This document shows positions 26,530 to 34,771 of a stretch of 44,843 bases of DNA, in pieces. The first letter of the stretch is position 1. The number at the start of each line of letters is the position of its first letter. The DNA comes from Acidimicrobiales bacterium (GTDB lineage: Bacteria; Actinomycetota; Acidimicrobiia; Acidimicrobiales; CADCSY01). Below the pieces are notes generated by a model. It made no database searches, was not told the origin of the DNA, and saw nothing but the letters and a program-made list of their open reading frames with translations. The position numbers and the translations under genes are program-made. The DNA is taken from contig JBBSLC010000002.1 of the NCBI GenBank assembly GCA_038255685.1, forward strand, positions 1-44,843, given 5' to 3'.

Positions 26530-27081
26530 CTAGGACCTGCGCCGGCGAGCGCTCCTGCGCTTCGAGACCCACAGACCGAGCGCGCCGCCGACGATGCCGA
26601 AGACGGCAGCGACGAGCAGGTTTGTCGTGTCGGATCCACCCTCGGCGCCGCCCGCCTCGGGCTCGTCCAGCGCTGCGGTGAGCGAGGTCGGCGTGCTCGG
26701 GTCGGTGACGGGGACCTCGATGGGGATCTCGGTCGTGCCCGGCGGGAAGGACGAGGAGACCTGGAGCGTCCACGGTCCGGACGAGTCGAGGTCGAGCGTC
26801 ACGGCGTACGCACCGGGCTCCCCTTGGCGCTCAGCGGGCGCGGCAGGGACCACCTCCCCGTCCGGACCCGTCGCCGCCACCTCGACGATCGCACCCTCAG
26901 CCGGATCGCCGTCGGCCTCGTGGGTGATGCGGATCCGGAGCACCACCCCACCCGGCGTCGTCTCGGTCACCTCCAACACCTCGAACACCGCCCCCCCGCC
27001 GTGGGCGCCGGCCGGACCGACAGGCCCACCGACCGCCACCACCACGGCCAGAACCACGAGGAGCAGCCGGAGCCGGCTCAC
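26530..27081 (-). CDS. Secreted Ig-like (FixH/YtkA-like) protein with C-terminal TM anchor and Arg-rich tail
   Basis: Signal peptide ending AGA-HGG, a beta-rich core (GAYAVTLDLDSSGPWTLQV), and a C-terminal LLVAAVFGIVGGALGLWV helix followed by SKRRSARRRRS. The GTG start overlaps the ArsA-like stop (GTGA). Confidence 0.6.
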   Translation of the reverse strand: MSRLRLLLVVLAVVVAVGGPVGPAGAHGGGAVFEVLEVTETTPGGVVLRIRITHEADGDPAEGAIVEVAATGPDGEVVPAAPAERQGEPGAYAVTLDLDSSGPWTLQVSSSFPPGTTEIPIEVPVTDPSTPTSLTAALDEPEAGGAEGGSDTTNLLVAAVFGIVGGALGLWVSKRRSARRRRS

Positions 27082-28244
27082 CGCCAGAGCTCCTCGCCCA
27101 TCCGCACCAGGCCGGCGAGGTCGAAGATGTCGCTCTCGAAGTACGGGACCGAGGCGATCACGTCCGGGGCGGCGGCGAGCTCCGATCGCTGCGTCCGCTC
27201 CCGCTTCGCTGCCACCTGGAAGTTGAGGAAGCTCTCCCCGACCTCCTGGAGGACCCGTGCGACCATGACCGGCTCCCCGATCGCGTCGGGGATGGCCGTG
27301 GCCAGGTCCTCGGCCTCGACGGTGAGGCGCGTGGCGGTGCTCGCAGCGCCCTCGTCGAGCAGGTACGACGGGAGCACCTTGTTCAGCACGAGCGCCCCGA
27401 GGTGCAGGCGCTTGGCGGCGAGGGCGCCGATGAAGAAGTCCGCCTCGTGCGCGGGGCCGGACTCGAGGGTGCTCACGACCACGAAGGTGGTCCGGCGGTC
27501 CTCGAGGACGCGCTCGACCGCTCTCGCCCGCTCGACGAACCCGTCGTACATGGACTGGAAGAGGATGAAGAACTCGGCGATGTCCTGGAGGAACGCCGAG
27601 CCGAGGATGCGATCGGCCACCTGGTAGAACGGCCGCGAGGCCGCGTTGACCAGCCGGCTCCGATACGGCACAAGCAGCCATCGCAGCAGCCGGCTGGAGA
27701 AGAACTCGGCCATGCGCTCGGGCGCCTCGAGGAAGTCGATGGCGTTGCGGGTGGGTGGCGTGTCGACGATGATCAGGTCGTAGGTGCCGCTCGCGTGCAG
27801 CTCGTAGAGCCGCTCCATGGCGATGTAGTCGTGGCTCTGGACGAACTTCCCGGTGACGTTCTGGTAGAGCGGGTTGGCGAGGATCGCGTCGCGCGTCTTC
27901 GCATCGGGTGCGTGCCTGCGGACGAGGTCGTCCCAGCTCTGCTTGGTGTCGAGCATCGCCGCCCAGAGCTCGCCCCGTGGCTCGAGGCCGGCTCCGGCGA
28001 ATGCCTCGTTGGGGACCCGCACCTCGACGTTGCCGAACTGCTCGAGGCCCATGGCGGTGGCCAGGCGCCGTGCCGGATCGACGGTGAGGACGAGCACCTT
28101 GCCCCCGAGGTGCACGGCCGCCATGGCACCGAGCGCCGCCGCCGTCGTCGTCTTGCCCACCCCACCCGAGCCACAGGTGACCACGATCTCCTTCGCCGCG
28201 AGCAGCTGCTCCAGCGTCGTCGGCGACGGGCCACGCTCGCTCAT
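27078..28244 (-). CDS. ArsA/Get3-family P-loop ATPase (second of pair)
   Basis: Deviant Walker A GSGGVGKTT and the ArsA-type fold. It is paired with a paralog, as for the Rv3679/Rv3680-type genes of actinobacteria. Confidence 0.85.
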   Translation of the reverse strand: MSERGPSPTTLEQLLAAKEIVVTCGSGGVGKTTTAAALGAMAAVHLGGKVLVLTVDPARRLATAMGLEQFGNVEVRVPNEAFAGAGLEPRGELWAAMLDTKQSWDDLVRRHAPDAKTRDAILANPLYQNVTGKFVQSHDYIAMERLYELHASGTYDLIIVDTPPTRNAIDFLEAPERMAEFFSSRLLRWLLVPYRSRLVNAASRPFYQVADRILGSAFLQDIAEFFILFQSMYDGFVERARAVERVLEDRRTTFVVVSTLESGPAHEADFFIGALAAKRLHLGALVLNKVLPSYLLDEGAASTATRLTVEAEDLATAIPDAIGEPVMVARVLQEVGESFLNFQVAAKRERTQRSELAAAPDVIASVPYFESDIFDLAGLVRMGEELWR

Positions 28245-28303
28245 GTCGTCCGCTCTCGGCCTGCGGCCGGGCCGCTCTGGCCACGCTCGCTGCGCTCGCT
28301 CAT
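28241..28303 (-). repeat. MIRU-like intercistronic repeat, copy B (20-codon mini-ORF MSERSERGQSGPAAGRERTT)
   Basis: 60/63 nt identical to 15251-15313. Its ATG overlaps the ArsA-1 stop (ATGA, 28300-28303) and its TGA overlaps the ArsA-2 ATG (ATGA, 28241-28244). Confidence 0.9.
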
Positions 28304-29247
28304 GTCAGCTCGCCAGCGAGGGCGTCGGCGATCTGGCGGGTGGCACGCAGGCCGTGGGTGCGGTTGAAGAGCTCGGGCACGTAGACGACGTCGAGGCCGT
28401 CGGGCACGCCCTCTCGGAGACGGGCGAGGTGGCCTGCTCGCGTCCGCCGCAGCGTGACCGCCAGGCGCGCGCCTTCGAGGACCGGTCCGATGCCTGCTCC
28501 GAGCGGGCCCTCCAGCTCCCCCGCTGCGTGGGCGTCGCGGAGCCGCTCGTAGGTCTCCTCCTCGCCCCGGCCGAACAGCTCGGGCAGCACGCGGTTCACG
28601 ATCACGGCGGCGACGTCGACCTTCGTCTCCTCAAGTCGCTCGATGAGCTCGAGCGACTCGGTGACGGGCATCTCCTCGGGCGCAGCGACGATCACCACGC
28701 CGGTGGTGGCCGGGTCCCGCAGGATCTCGAGGATCCAGCCGGTCTGCTCACGGATGAGGCCGACCGACACGAGATCGTTGATGGCCTGCGGTGCGTTGAG
28801 CTGGCCGACGATGTGGCCTGACGCCGGAGCGTCGACGATCACCAGGTCGTAGTGGCGCTCTCGCACCTCCCAGGCGAACTTGCCGACGATGACGATCTCC
28901 TTGACGCCCGGGGCGGCGTTGGCGATGAAGTCGAACGTGCGCGCCAGCGGCCCGATGCGGGCGAGGAAGGGGATGCGCACCTGCAGCCGCAGGTACTCCC
29001 GCAGCGACGCCTCGGTGTCCATCGACATGGCGAAGACGCCTGGCTGCACCTCCCGCTCCTCGAAGGAGGTGGGACCCGTCTCGAGGACGTCAGCAAGGTT
29101 GCCCTTGGCGTCGACCTCGCACACGAGCACGCGCTTGCCCTGCTGCGCTGCGAGGACGGCGAGGGCGGCAGCCATCGTCGTCTTGCCGACGCCTCCCTTG
29201 CCCGTGACGAAGAGGAGGCGTCGCTCGAGCAGCGGCACGCCGGCCAT
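28300..29247 (-). CDS. ArsA/Get3-family P-loop ATPase (first of pair)
   Basis: Walker A GKGGVGKTT and the ArsA-type fold. Confidence 0.85.
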   Translation of the reverse strand: MAGVPLLERRLLFVTGKGGVGKTTMAAALAVLAAQQGKRVLVCEVDAKGNLADVLETGPTSFEEREVQPGVFAMSMDTEASLREYLRLQVRIPFLARIGPLARTFDFIANAAPGVKEIVIVGKFAWEVRERHYDLVIVDAPASGHIVGQLNAPQAINDLVSVGLIREQTGWILEILRDPATTGVVIVAAPEEMPVTESLELIERLEETKVDVAAVIVNRVLPELFGRGEEETYERLRDAHAAGELEGPLGAGIGPVLEGARLAVTLRRTRAGHLARLREGVPDGLDVVYVPELFNRTHGLRATRQIADALAGELT

Positions 29248-29254
29248 GGAGCGG

Positions 29255-29491
29255 CTACGCGCTGCCGAAGCCGATGCGGCGCTCGTCGCGAGGGCTGCCG
29301 ATCTCGACGTACGCGACCTTCGCGACGGGGATCGCGACCTGGCGACCCTTGCGATCCGTGAACCACAGGACCCCCGTGTCCGATCCGAGGGCGGTCTCCA
29401 CGTCAGCCCGCACCTTGGCGGGGTCCGCCTCGTCTCCGAGCTCGACGTCGATCTCCTTGGCCGTGTAGGTCACACCGATGCGAACGTCCAC
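29255..29491 (-). CDS. DUF3107 family protein
   Basis: VDVRIGVTYTAKEIDVEL...WFTDRKGRQVAIPVAKVAYVEIG pattern. GTG at 29491 is preceded by GAGGAGA. Confidence 0.7.
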   Translation of the reverse strand: MDVRIGVTYTAKEIDVELGDEADPAKVRADVETALGSDTGVLWFTDRKGRQVAIPVAKVAYVEIGSPRDERRIGFGSA

Positions 29492-29614
29492 GCGCTGGTC
29501 TCCTCGAGGGGGTGGTCTGGTTGAACCGACCGCCATCGTACGCGTCCCACGGTGCGGTTCCCGCCGGCCGTCGGTCGGCGACGCCGGGGCGACGCGCTGC
29601 TAGGTTGCGCGTGC

Positions 29615-30181
29615 GTGCGCCCGGCCCTCCTGCTCCTCGCCGGCGATCCGCAGGGAGCCGACGTCGACGTCCCCGCTGACCACGCCGCGAGCGATGAGCT
29701 CCTCGATGCGGCCCTCGGCCTGGCCCGCTCCACCGGCGGCGTCGGTCGCGTCCTGCTCTTCCACCCCGTCGAGGCCGAGGCGGCGCTCACCGCCCGTGCG
29801 CTCGGCTTCCGGCTGTGGCCGGCAGAGGGTGAGACGAGGGGAGCGCGGTGGGCGAACGCCTTCAGGCAGGCGGGTGACCTCGGCTACGAGGGTGCGATCA
29901 CGATCGGTCTCGACGCCGCTGGGCTGGCGACCGCTCGCCTCGACGAGGTCGTCGAGCTGCTCGCGTCGCATCCCGTCGTCCTCATCCCCGATGCTGGTGG
30001 CGGCATCGTCCTGCTCGCCCTCCAGCGCCACGAACCGACCCTGGTCCCCCCCTCGCCGGACGTCCCGGACGTCGACACGCTGCAGCGACGCGCCCGCCAG
30101 CTCCGCATCCCCCTCCTCATGCTCGACCCGCACCTGGGCGAGCGGGCGCCGTCGTCGGTCGACGGCACGAAGGGGCACTGA
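29615..30181 (+). CDS. DUF2064-like (nucleotidyl/glycosyl-transferase fold) protein
   Basis: The central segment RWANAFRQAGDLGYEGAITIGLDAAGL...VVLIPDAGGGIVLLAL matches the DUF2064 pattern. I chose GTG at 29615, 9 nt after a TAGGTT -10-like hexamer, so the mRNA may be leaderless. GTG at 29552 is also open. Confidence 0.55.
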   Translation: MRPALLLLAGDPQGADVDVPADHAASDELLDAALGLARSTGGVGRVLLFHPVEAEAALTARALGFRLWPAEGETRGARWANAFRQAGDLGYEGAITIGLDAAGLATARLDEVVELLASHPVVLIPDAGGGIVLLALQRHEPTLVPPSPDVPDVDTLQRRARQLRIPLLMLDPHLGERAPSSVDGTKGH

Positions 30182-30193
30182 CGAGCGTCCACG

Positions 30194-30943
30194 GTGACGG
30201 CGGTGCCAGGGTGCGCGGCCCACTACGGTTCGGCCATGGGGGAAGGGGACGTGCAGGTCGACCGCGCCACCGGCCTGCCGGTGTCATCGGTGGACCTGCT
30301 CCGCCGACGCATCATCAACGTCGTCGGCCACGAGCTGCGGACGCCGGTGACGACGGTCCGCGGGCTCGCCGAGGCGCTCGCTGCGGACGATGCTGACGAC
30401 GACGAGCGGCGCGCCTTGCTGGCCGCACTCGTGCGCGCCACGACGAGGCTGGAGTCGCTCGTCGACGAGGTGCTCCTCGCCTCGTCCATCGGCACGGCCA
30501 TGCCGGTCGGCGCCGTCTCGTCCGTGGACCTCGTCGCAGCAGCACGCGCCGCGTGGGCGGAGGTCGGCGTCACCGACGACCTCGACGTCGCGGGCGCGGC
30601 GATCGCCCTGGCACAGCCGGCCGTCGTGCACCGGGTGCTCGCGCAGGTCCTCGCCAACGCTGCGAGCCACGGTGCCGCCCCGTACGGGGCCGTGGCCACC
30701 TCCTCCCCGGCGCTCGCCTGCATCGCCATCTCGAGCGGGGGCGACGTGCTGCGCCCGGACGAGCTTGCGCTTGCGACCGAAGCCTTCTTCCGAGGTGAAG
30801 CAGCGGTGACCAACGCACCTGGCCTCGGACTCGGCCTCGCCGTCGCTCGCACCCTGGTCGAGGGCAGTGGAGGGACGATCGGCGTCGAGGGCGCCGAGGG
30901 TGGCGGGATGGTGGTCACCATCACGCTGCCGGTCGCGACGTGA
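30194..30943 (+). CDS. Soluble histidine kinase core (DHp + CA only, no sensor domain)
   Basis: H-box VGHELRTPVTTV, N-box-like LANAASHG and G2 box GLGLGLAVA. The G1 box reads ISSGGDV instead of DxGxG. An alternative start is the ATG at 30236. Confidence 0.7.
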   Translation: MTAVPGCAAHYGSAMGEGDVQVDRATGLPVSSVDLLRRRIINVVGHELRTPVTTVRGLAEALAADDADDDERRALLAALVRATTRLESLVDEVLLASSIGTAMPVGAVSSVDLVAAARAAWAEVGVTDDLDVAGAAIALAQPAVVHRVLAQVLANAASHGAAPYGAVATSSPALACIAISSGGDVLRPDELALATEAFFRGEAAVTNAPGLGLGLAVARTLVEGSGGTIGVEGAEGGGMVVTITLPVAT

Positions 30944-31317
30944 GCACCGGCACGCCGCTTCGCATCGTCGTCGTCGACGACGAGCCCGATGTGCGGCTCC
31001 TCCTCGGCTTCCAGCTCCGCATCGCCGGGATGGAGGTGGTGGGTGAGGCCGGCGACGGCGCCACGGCCATCGACGTGTGCGCCGAGGTCAAGCCGGATGC
31101 CGTCGTGTTCGACCTGCTCATGCCGGGCATGAGCGGCTTCGCTGCCATCCCCGCCCTGCTCGAGGCGCAGCCGGGCATCGGCGTGGTCGCCTACACCGCG
31201 GTCGCCGGCGACTTCGTCCGCGCCGAGATGGGTCGCCTCGGCGTCGCCCTCGTCCTCAAGTCAGGTGATCCCTCTCCGCTGGTCGACGCCATCAAGGGCT
31301 GCGTCAGCCAGGTGTGA
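30940..31317 (+). CDS. Stand-alone receiver-domain response regulator
   Basis: DD pair (VVVDDE), acceptor Asp in VVFDLLMPGMSG, Thr (AYTA) and Lys (LKSG). The GTG overlaps the kinase stop (GTGA). Confidence 0.85.
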   Translation: MSTGTPLRIVVVDDEPDVRLLLGFQLRIAGMEVVGEAGDGATAIDVCAEVKPDAVVFDLLMPGMSGFAAIPALLEAQPGIGVVAYTAVAGDFVRAEMGRLGVALVLKSGDPSPLVDAIKGCVSQV

Positions 31318-32734
31318 CGACCGGCTCGGGGCGAGTCACCGGACGAGCGAGCGCACCGAGCTGACCCGACGTGGGCTCTGCACAGCAGAACCACGCCTCG
31401 GTGAGCCGGGGGCGAGCGCCCCTCCACGAGTCCACCGCCACAGGTGCCCGACCGGCTGCGGCGTAGATCGCGCTGGCCACCGCCGAGAACGTCTCGCCCG
31501 GCTCCGTGCCCGCCGCCTCGTGGGCCTCGACAAGCGCCGCGAGCGCGGCTTGGAGCGAGTCGACGGCGGGGTCCGCCGCTCGCCAGCGGTGGCCGAGAGC
31601 AGCGATGTCGTAGTCACCGAGGTGGGGAGCGAGCTCGGGGTGGGCGAGGAGCAGCGACCCCTCTGGCAGCAGCAGGCGGATCGTCCAGTGCACCGGCTCG
31701 ATGTTCGGCGCGAGGTCGTGCGCGATCGCGAAGTCGACGAGATCGGCCATGTCCTCGACCGTGGTCCACGGTGTGAACGGCAGGAGGGACGGTCGCAGCT
31801 CGATGCCGTGCGTCCGGAGGAGCGCGACGGCACCGGCTGCGTCAGCGGCCGTGTGCCCCTTGTCCAGCCTGGCGAGGATCTCGTCGTTGACGCACTCGAC
31901 GGCTGAGGTGACGAACAGCAGGCCCTGTGCTGCGAGCTCGGCCCAGATGTCGGTGTGGCGCAGCACGAGCTCGACCTTCGTGGTGATGTCGAAGGTGAGC
32001 TCCGGGTGACGCTCGTGCACGGCGCGCACGACGCGCAGTGAGTGCTGCAGGCCGTTGAGGAAGTCGGGATCGCCGAACGTCAGATGGCGGGCACCGGCAG
32101 CCACCAGCACGTCGACGTCGGCGAGGAGGACCTCGAGCTCCACGATGCGGATGCGTCCGTCGTAGACCGTCGGCACCGGGCAGTGGCGGCAGCGGAAAGT
32201 GCACCCGTGGCTCGCCTCGACGTACCCGGCCAGGCGCTCCTCGCCTCCGACGCTGAGCTTGGCGTACTGCTCGAGGGGCGGCAGGAGGTGGCGGGCAGGC
32301 AGTCGGAAGCCACCCCTCCCGAGGTGGACGCTCACTGCTCCCTCCTCGCCGAGGGGCACGGCGGCACCCGATGCGAGGTCGTCGACCCACGCCACCAGCG
32401 CCTGCTCGTACTCACCCGCGATCACGCGGTCGGCCAACCGGCCGGCCGTCGCGTCGCGCCCCACGGGGGCGTAGAGGCCGTAGAAGCAGATGGGCAGGTC
32501 GGGGCGACGAGCCCGCGCACCCGTGGCGACGGAGACAGCGAGGCGCATGGCGGTGTGCATGGGGACGGAGAGCGCGAGCACGTCGACGTCGTCGAGCAGG
32601 GCCTCGTCCCACGGCTCGACCGACAGGTCGTGGCACCGGACGTCGTGTCCGGCGGCGAGCAGCGCGGCCGCCGGCGACGCCACGTGCAGCGGCTGGTGCC
32701 CGAGCTCGTAGGTGGAGACGAGCAGGGCGCGCAC
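31304..32734 (-). CDS. B12-binding-domain radical SAM protein with C-terminal CCAEP tail
   Basis: N-terminal cobalamin-binding-like domain, radical SAM motif CTFRCRHC (CX3CX2C), and the tail WFCCAEPT at 31373-31387 (complement). Confidence 0.85.
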   Translation of the reverse strand: MRALLVSTYELGHQPLHVASPAAALLAAGHDVRCHDLSVEPWDEALLDDVDVLALSVPMHTAMRLAVSVATGARARRPDLPICFYGLYAPVGRDATAGRLADRVIAGEYEQALVAWVDDLASGAAVPLGEEGAVSVHLGRGGFRLPARHLLPPLEQYAKLSVGGEERLAGYVEASHGCTFRCRHCPVPTVYDGRIRIVELEVLLADVDVLVAAGARHLTFGDPDFLNGLQHSLRVVRAVHERHPELTFDITTKVELVLRHTDIWAELAAQGLLFVTSAVECVNDEILARLDKGHTAADAAGAVALLRTHGIELRPSLLPFTPWTTVEDMADLVDFAIAHDLAPNIEPVHWTIRLLLPEGSLLLAHPELAPHLGDYDIAALGHRWRAADPAVDSLQAALAALVEAHEAAGTEPGETFSAVASAIYAAAGRAPVAVDSWRGARPRLTEAWFCCAEPTSGQLGALARPVTRPEPVVTPG

Positions 32735-32785
32735 GGGGGCGAGGCTACCGACGACGCACCGGGCAGGGGCCGACGTCGGCGATCG

Positions 32786-34009
32786 TCACGATGGGGCGAT
32801 GACCACGTCAAGGCTCGCCTGCGCGGCCCGGAGCGAGGCCTCGACCTCCGACGGGCCGTCGCCACGGGCGAAGACGAAGCCGAGGTAGCGGTCCCCTTCG
32901 GGCAGGGCGCGGACCGGACGACCGGCGAGGACGGTGATCTCGAGGCCGACGACCCCGGGCACCGAGCGGGCAGCCTCGATGCCGTCGATCCGCTCGAGGG
33001 TCCCGGTGCGCGGGATCGGGATCATGAGCACACCGGCAGCGGCGCGCTCTCGGTCGAGATCGTCGAGGGGGAGGTCGAGGGCGTGGCGGAGGATCACCTC
33101 TTCGAGGCTGATGCCGGCCCCGAAGCGCAACGTGCGCGCGCACAGCCCGCCGATGGAGCGCGCTGCCACCTCGAGGACGACGACGTCGCCGTCGGGGGTG
33201 AGGCGGGCCTCGGCGTGGACCGGGCCGTCGACGAGCCCGATCGCCGCAGCGGCTTCGGCGACGGCCTCGTGGAGCCGCTCGAGCAGCGCCGAGGGATGGC
33301 GGGACGGCGTGACGTAGAGCGTCTCCTCGAAGTAGGGGCCGTCGAGGGGGTCGGGCTTGTCGAAGGTGGCGAGCACGTGCAGCGCGCCATCGCGCAGGAG
33401 TGCCTCGACCGCGACCTCGACCCCGGCGACGAAGGCCTCGACGACGACGGGAGCCTCGGGTCGGGCACCGGCGCTGGTCGCGATGGCTCGGACCCGATCG
33501 GCGACGGTGACGGCCTCATCGGCGGTGTCGGCCCTGATGACGCCCCTGCTCCCCGAGAGCGAGGTCGCCTTCACGACGCACGGGAGCCCGACTGCGGCGG
33601 CGAGCGCAGCGACGTCGTCGCCGGGTCTGGCCAGCCGGTGTGGGGGTTGGACCAGCCCGGCGTCGCCCATGAGCCGTCGCATGGCGTCCTTGTCACGGGT
33701 GGCGGCGACGGCGGCCGTCGGGTTGTGGCGCAGGCCGAGGCGCGCCGAGGCGGTGGCGGCAGCGACCACACCCTGCTCGTCGACGGCGACGATGGCGGCG
33801 ACGGGCGCCCGACGGTGGAGGGCCTCGATGGCGTCGGCCGCTGCGGCCGGGTCGGCGAGGGGGACGACGAGCGCTCGGTCACCCATGGCCGCGGCCATCG
33901 CCTGCGCCTCCTCCGAGCCGACGACGACCTCCACACCGAGGGCCGAGGCGGCGTCGACGAAGTCGGGCGCTCGGTACGTCGCCGTCGGGAGCAGCAGGAG
34001 GACGCGCAC
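32786..34009 (-). CDS. ATP-grasp enzyme, L-amino-acid-ligase-like (407 aa)
   Basis: Pre-ATP-grasp domain, an ATP-grasp core (VVKATSLSGSRGV, VVVEAFVAG) and a ligase-type C-terminal domain. GTG at 34009 gives the typical VRVLLLLP N-terminus. Confidence 0.75.
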   Translation of the reverse strand: MRVLLLLPTATYRAPDFVDAASALGVEVVVGSEEAQAMAAAMGDRALVVPLADPAAAADAIEALHRRAPVAAIVAVDEQGVVAAATASARLGLRHNPTAAVAATRDKDAMRRLMGDAGLVQPPHRLARPGDDVAALAAAVGLPCVVKATSLSGSRGVIRADTADEAVTVADRVRAIATSAGARPEAPVVVEAFVAGVEVAVEALLRDGALHVLATFDKPDPLDGPYFEETLYVTPSRHPSALLERLHEAVAEAAAAIGLVDGPVHAEARLTPDGDVVVLEVAARSIGGLCARTLRFGAGISLEEVILRHALDLPLDDLDRERAAAGVLMIPIPRTGTLERIDGIEAARSVPGVVGLEITVLAGRPVRALPEGDRYLGFVFARGDGPSEVEASLRAAQASLDVVIAPS

Positions 34010-34064
34010 CGGGCCAGTGTGGCTGAGCCGCACGCACTCGGGGTCGTGGTCGTAGGCTCCACGT

Positions 34065-34724
34065 GTGGACGACGCACCTGCACCTTCCCTCCTCACCATC
34101 ACGCCGCCAGCGTTCAAGAAGGTCATGGAGATCCGCGCCGGCGAACCGGACGGCGACGCGCTCGCGCTCTGGCTCGAGGTCTCCGGAGCGGCGAAGGGCG
34201 AGTACACCTACGACGTCTACTTCGACGTCGTCGACGCGGCAGCGGCGGAGGACGCCGTGCTCCACCACGACGACCTCACGATCGTCATCCCCGTCGGCAG
34301 CGTCGAGCGGCTCACCGGCGCCACCCTCGGCATGTCCCGTGACCTGCTGAACCCGGGGCTCTCGGTCACGAACCCCAACCGACCGCCTGCACCCCCGTCC
34401 CCGAGCCCGGCCGTCGGCGCGGCCGCCATGCCCGTCGGTGACCTCAGCGGTGACGTCGCCCAGCGGATCCTCCAGGTGCTCGAGAACCAGATCAACCCCA
34501 GCATCGCCAGCCACGGCGGGCGGGCCGACCTCGTCGCCGTCGAGGAGGAGACCGCCTACCTGCGGCTCTCCGGGGGGTGCCAGGGGTGCGGCATGGCGTC
34601 GGTGACGCTCGGCCAGGGCATCGAGGTCGCGATCAAGGACCAGATCCCCGAGATCACCAACGTGGTGGATGTGACGGATCACGCCGAGGGCGCGAACCCC
34701 TACTACGAGGCTGCGAAGAAGTAG
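34065..34724 (+). CDS. NfuA-like Fe-S biogenesis protein (degenerate A-type domain + NifU C-terminal domain)
   Basis: C-terminal NifU motif GGCQGCGMA. The N-terminal HesB/IscA-like domain lacks the cluster Cys residues. Confidence 0.75.
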   Translation: MDDAPAPSLLTITPPAFKKVMEIRAGEPDGDALALWLEVSGAAKGEYTYDVYFDVVDAAAAEDAVLHHDDLTIVIPVGSVERLTGATLGMSRDLLNPGLSVTNPNRPPAPPSPSPAVGAAAMPVGDLSGDVAQRILQVLENQINPSIASHGGRADLVAVEEETAYLRLSGGCQGCGMASVTLGQGIEVAIKDQIPEITNVVDVTDHAEGANPYYEAAKK

Positions 34725-34771
34725 CGAGCACGACTGGCGGCAACCGTCGAGCGTCGTGCAAGGATCGCTGG

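Noticed and set aside
31373-31387. Possible selenocysteine recoding in the CCAEP tail of the radical SAM protein.
   Set aside because: Both positions are ordinary Cys codons (TGC TGT) and the gene has no in-frame TGA, so this copy is the Cys form.
32735-32785. A possible RiPP precursor peptide gene between or beside the ATP-grasp and radical SAM genes, and the 12-bp palindrome GCCGACGTCGGC at 32769-32780.
   Set aside because: The 51-nt gap and the 55-nt upstream gap (34010-34064) contain no start-to-stop ORF with a ribosome-binding site. The palindrome is short and expected by chance at this GC content.
34723-34731. AGCGAGCAC after the NfuA-like stop codon, resembling the 5' end of the MIRU-like element.
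   Set aside because: Only 9 nt match. The rest of the 47-nt gap is unrelated and has no ATGA-bounded mini-ORF.
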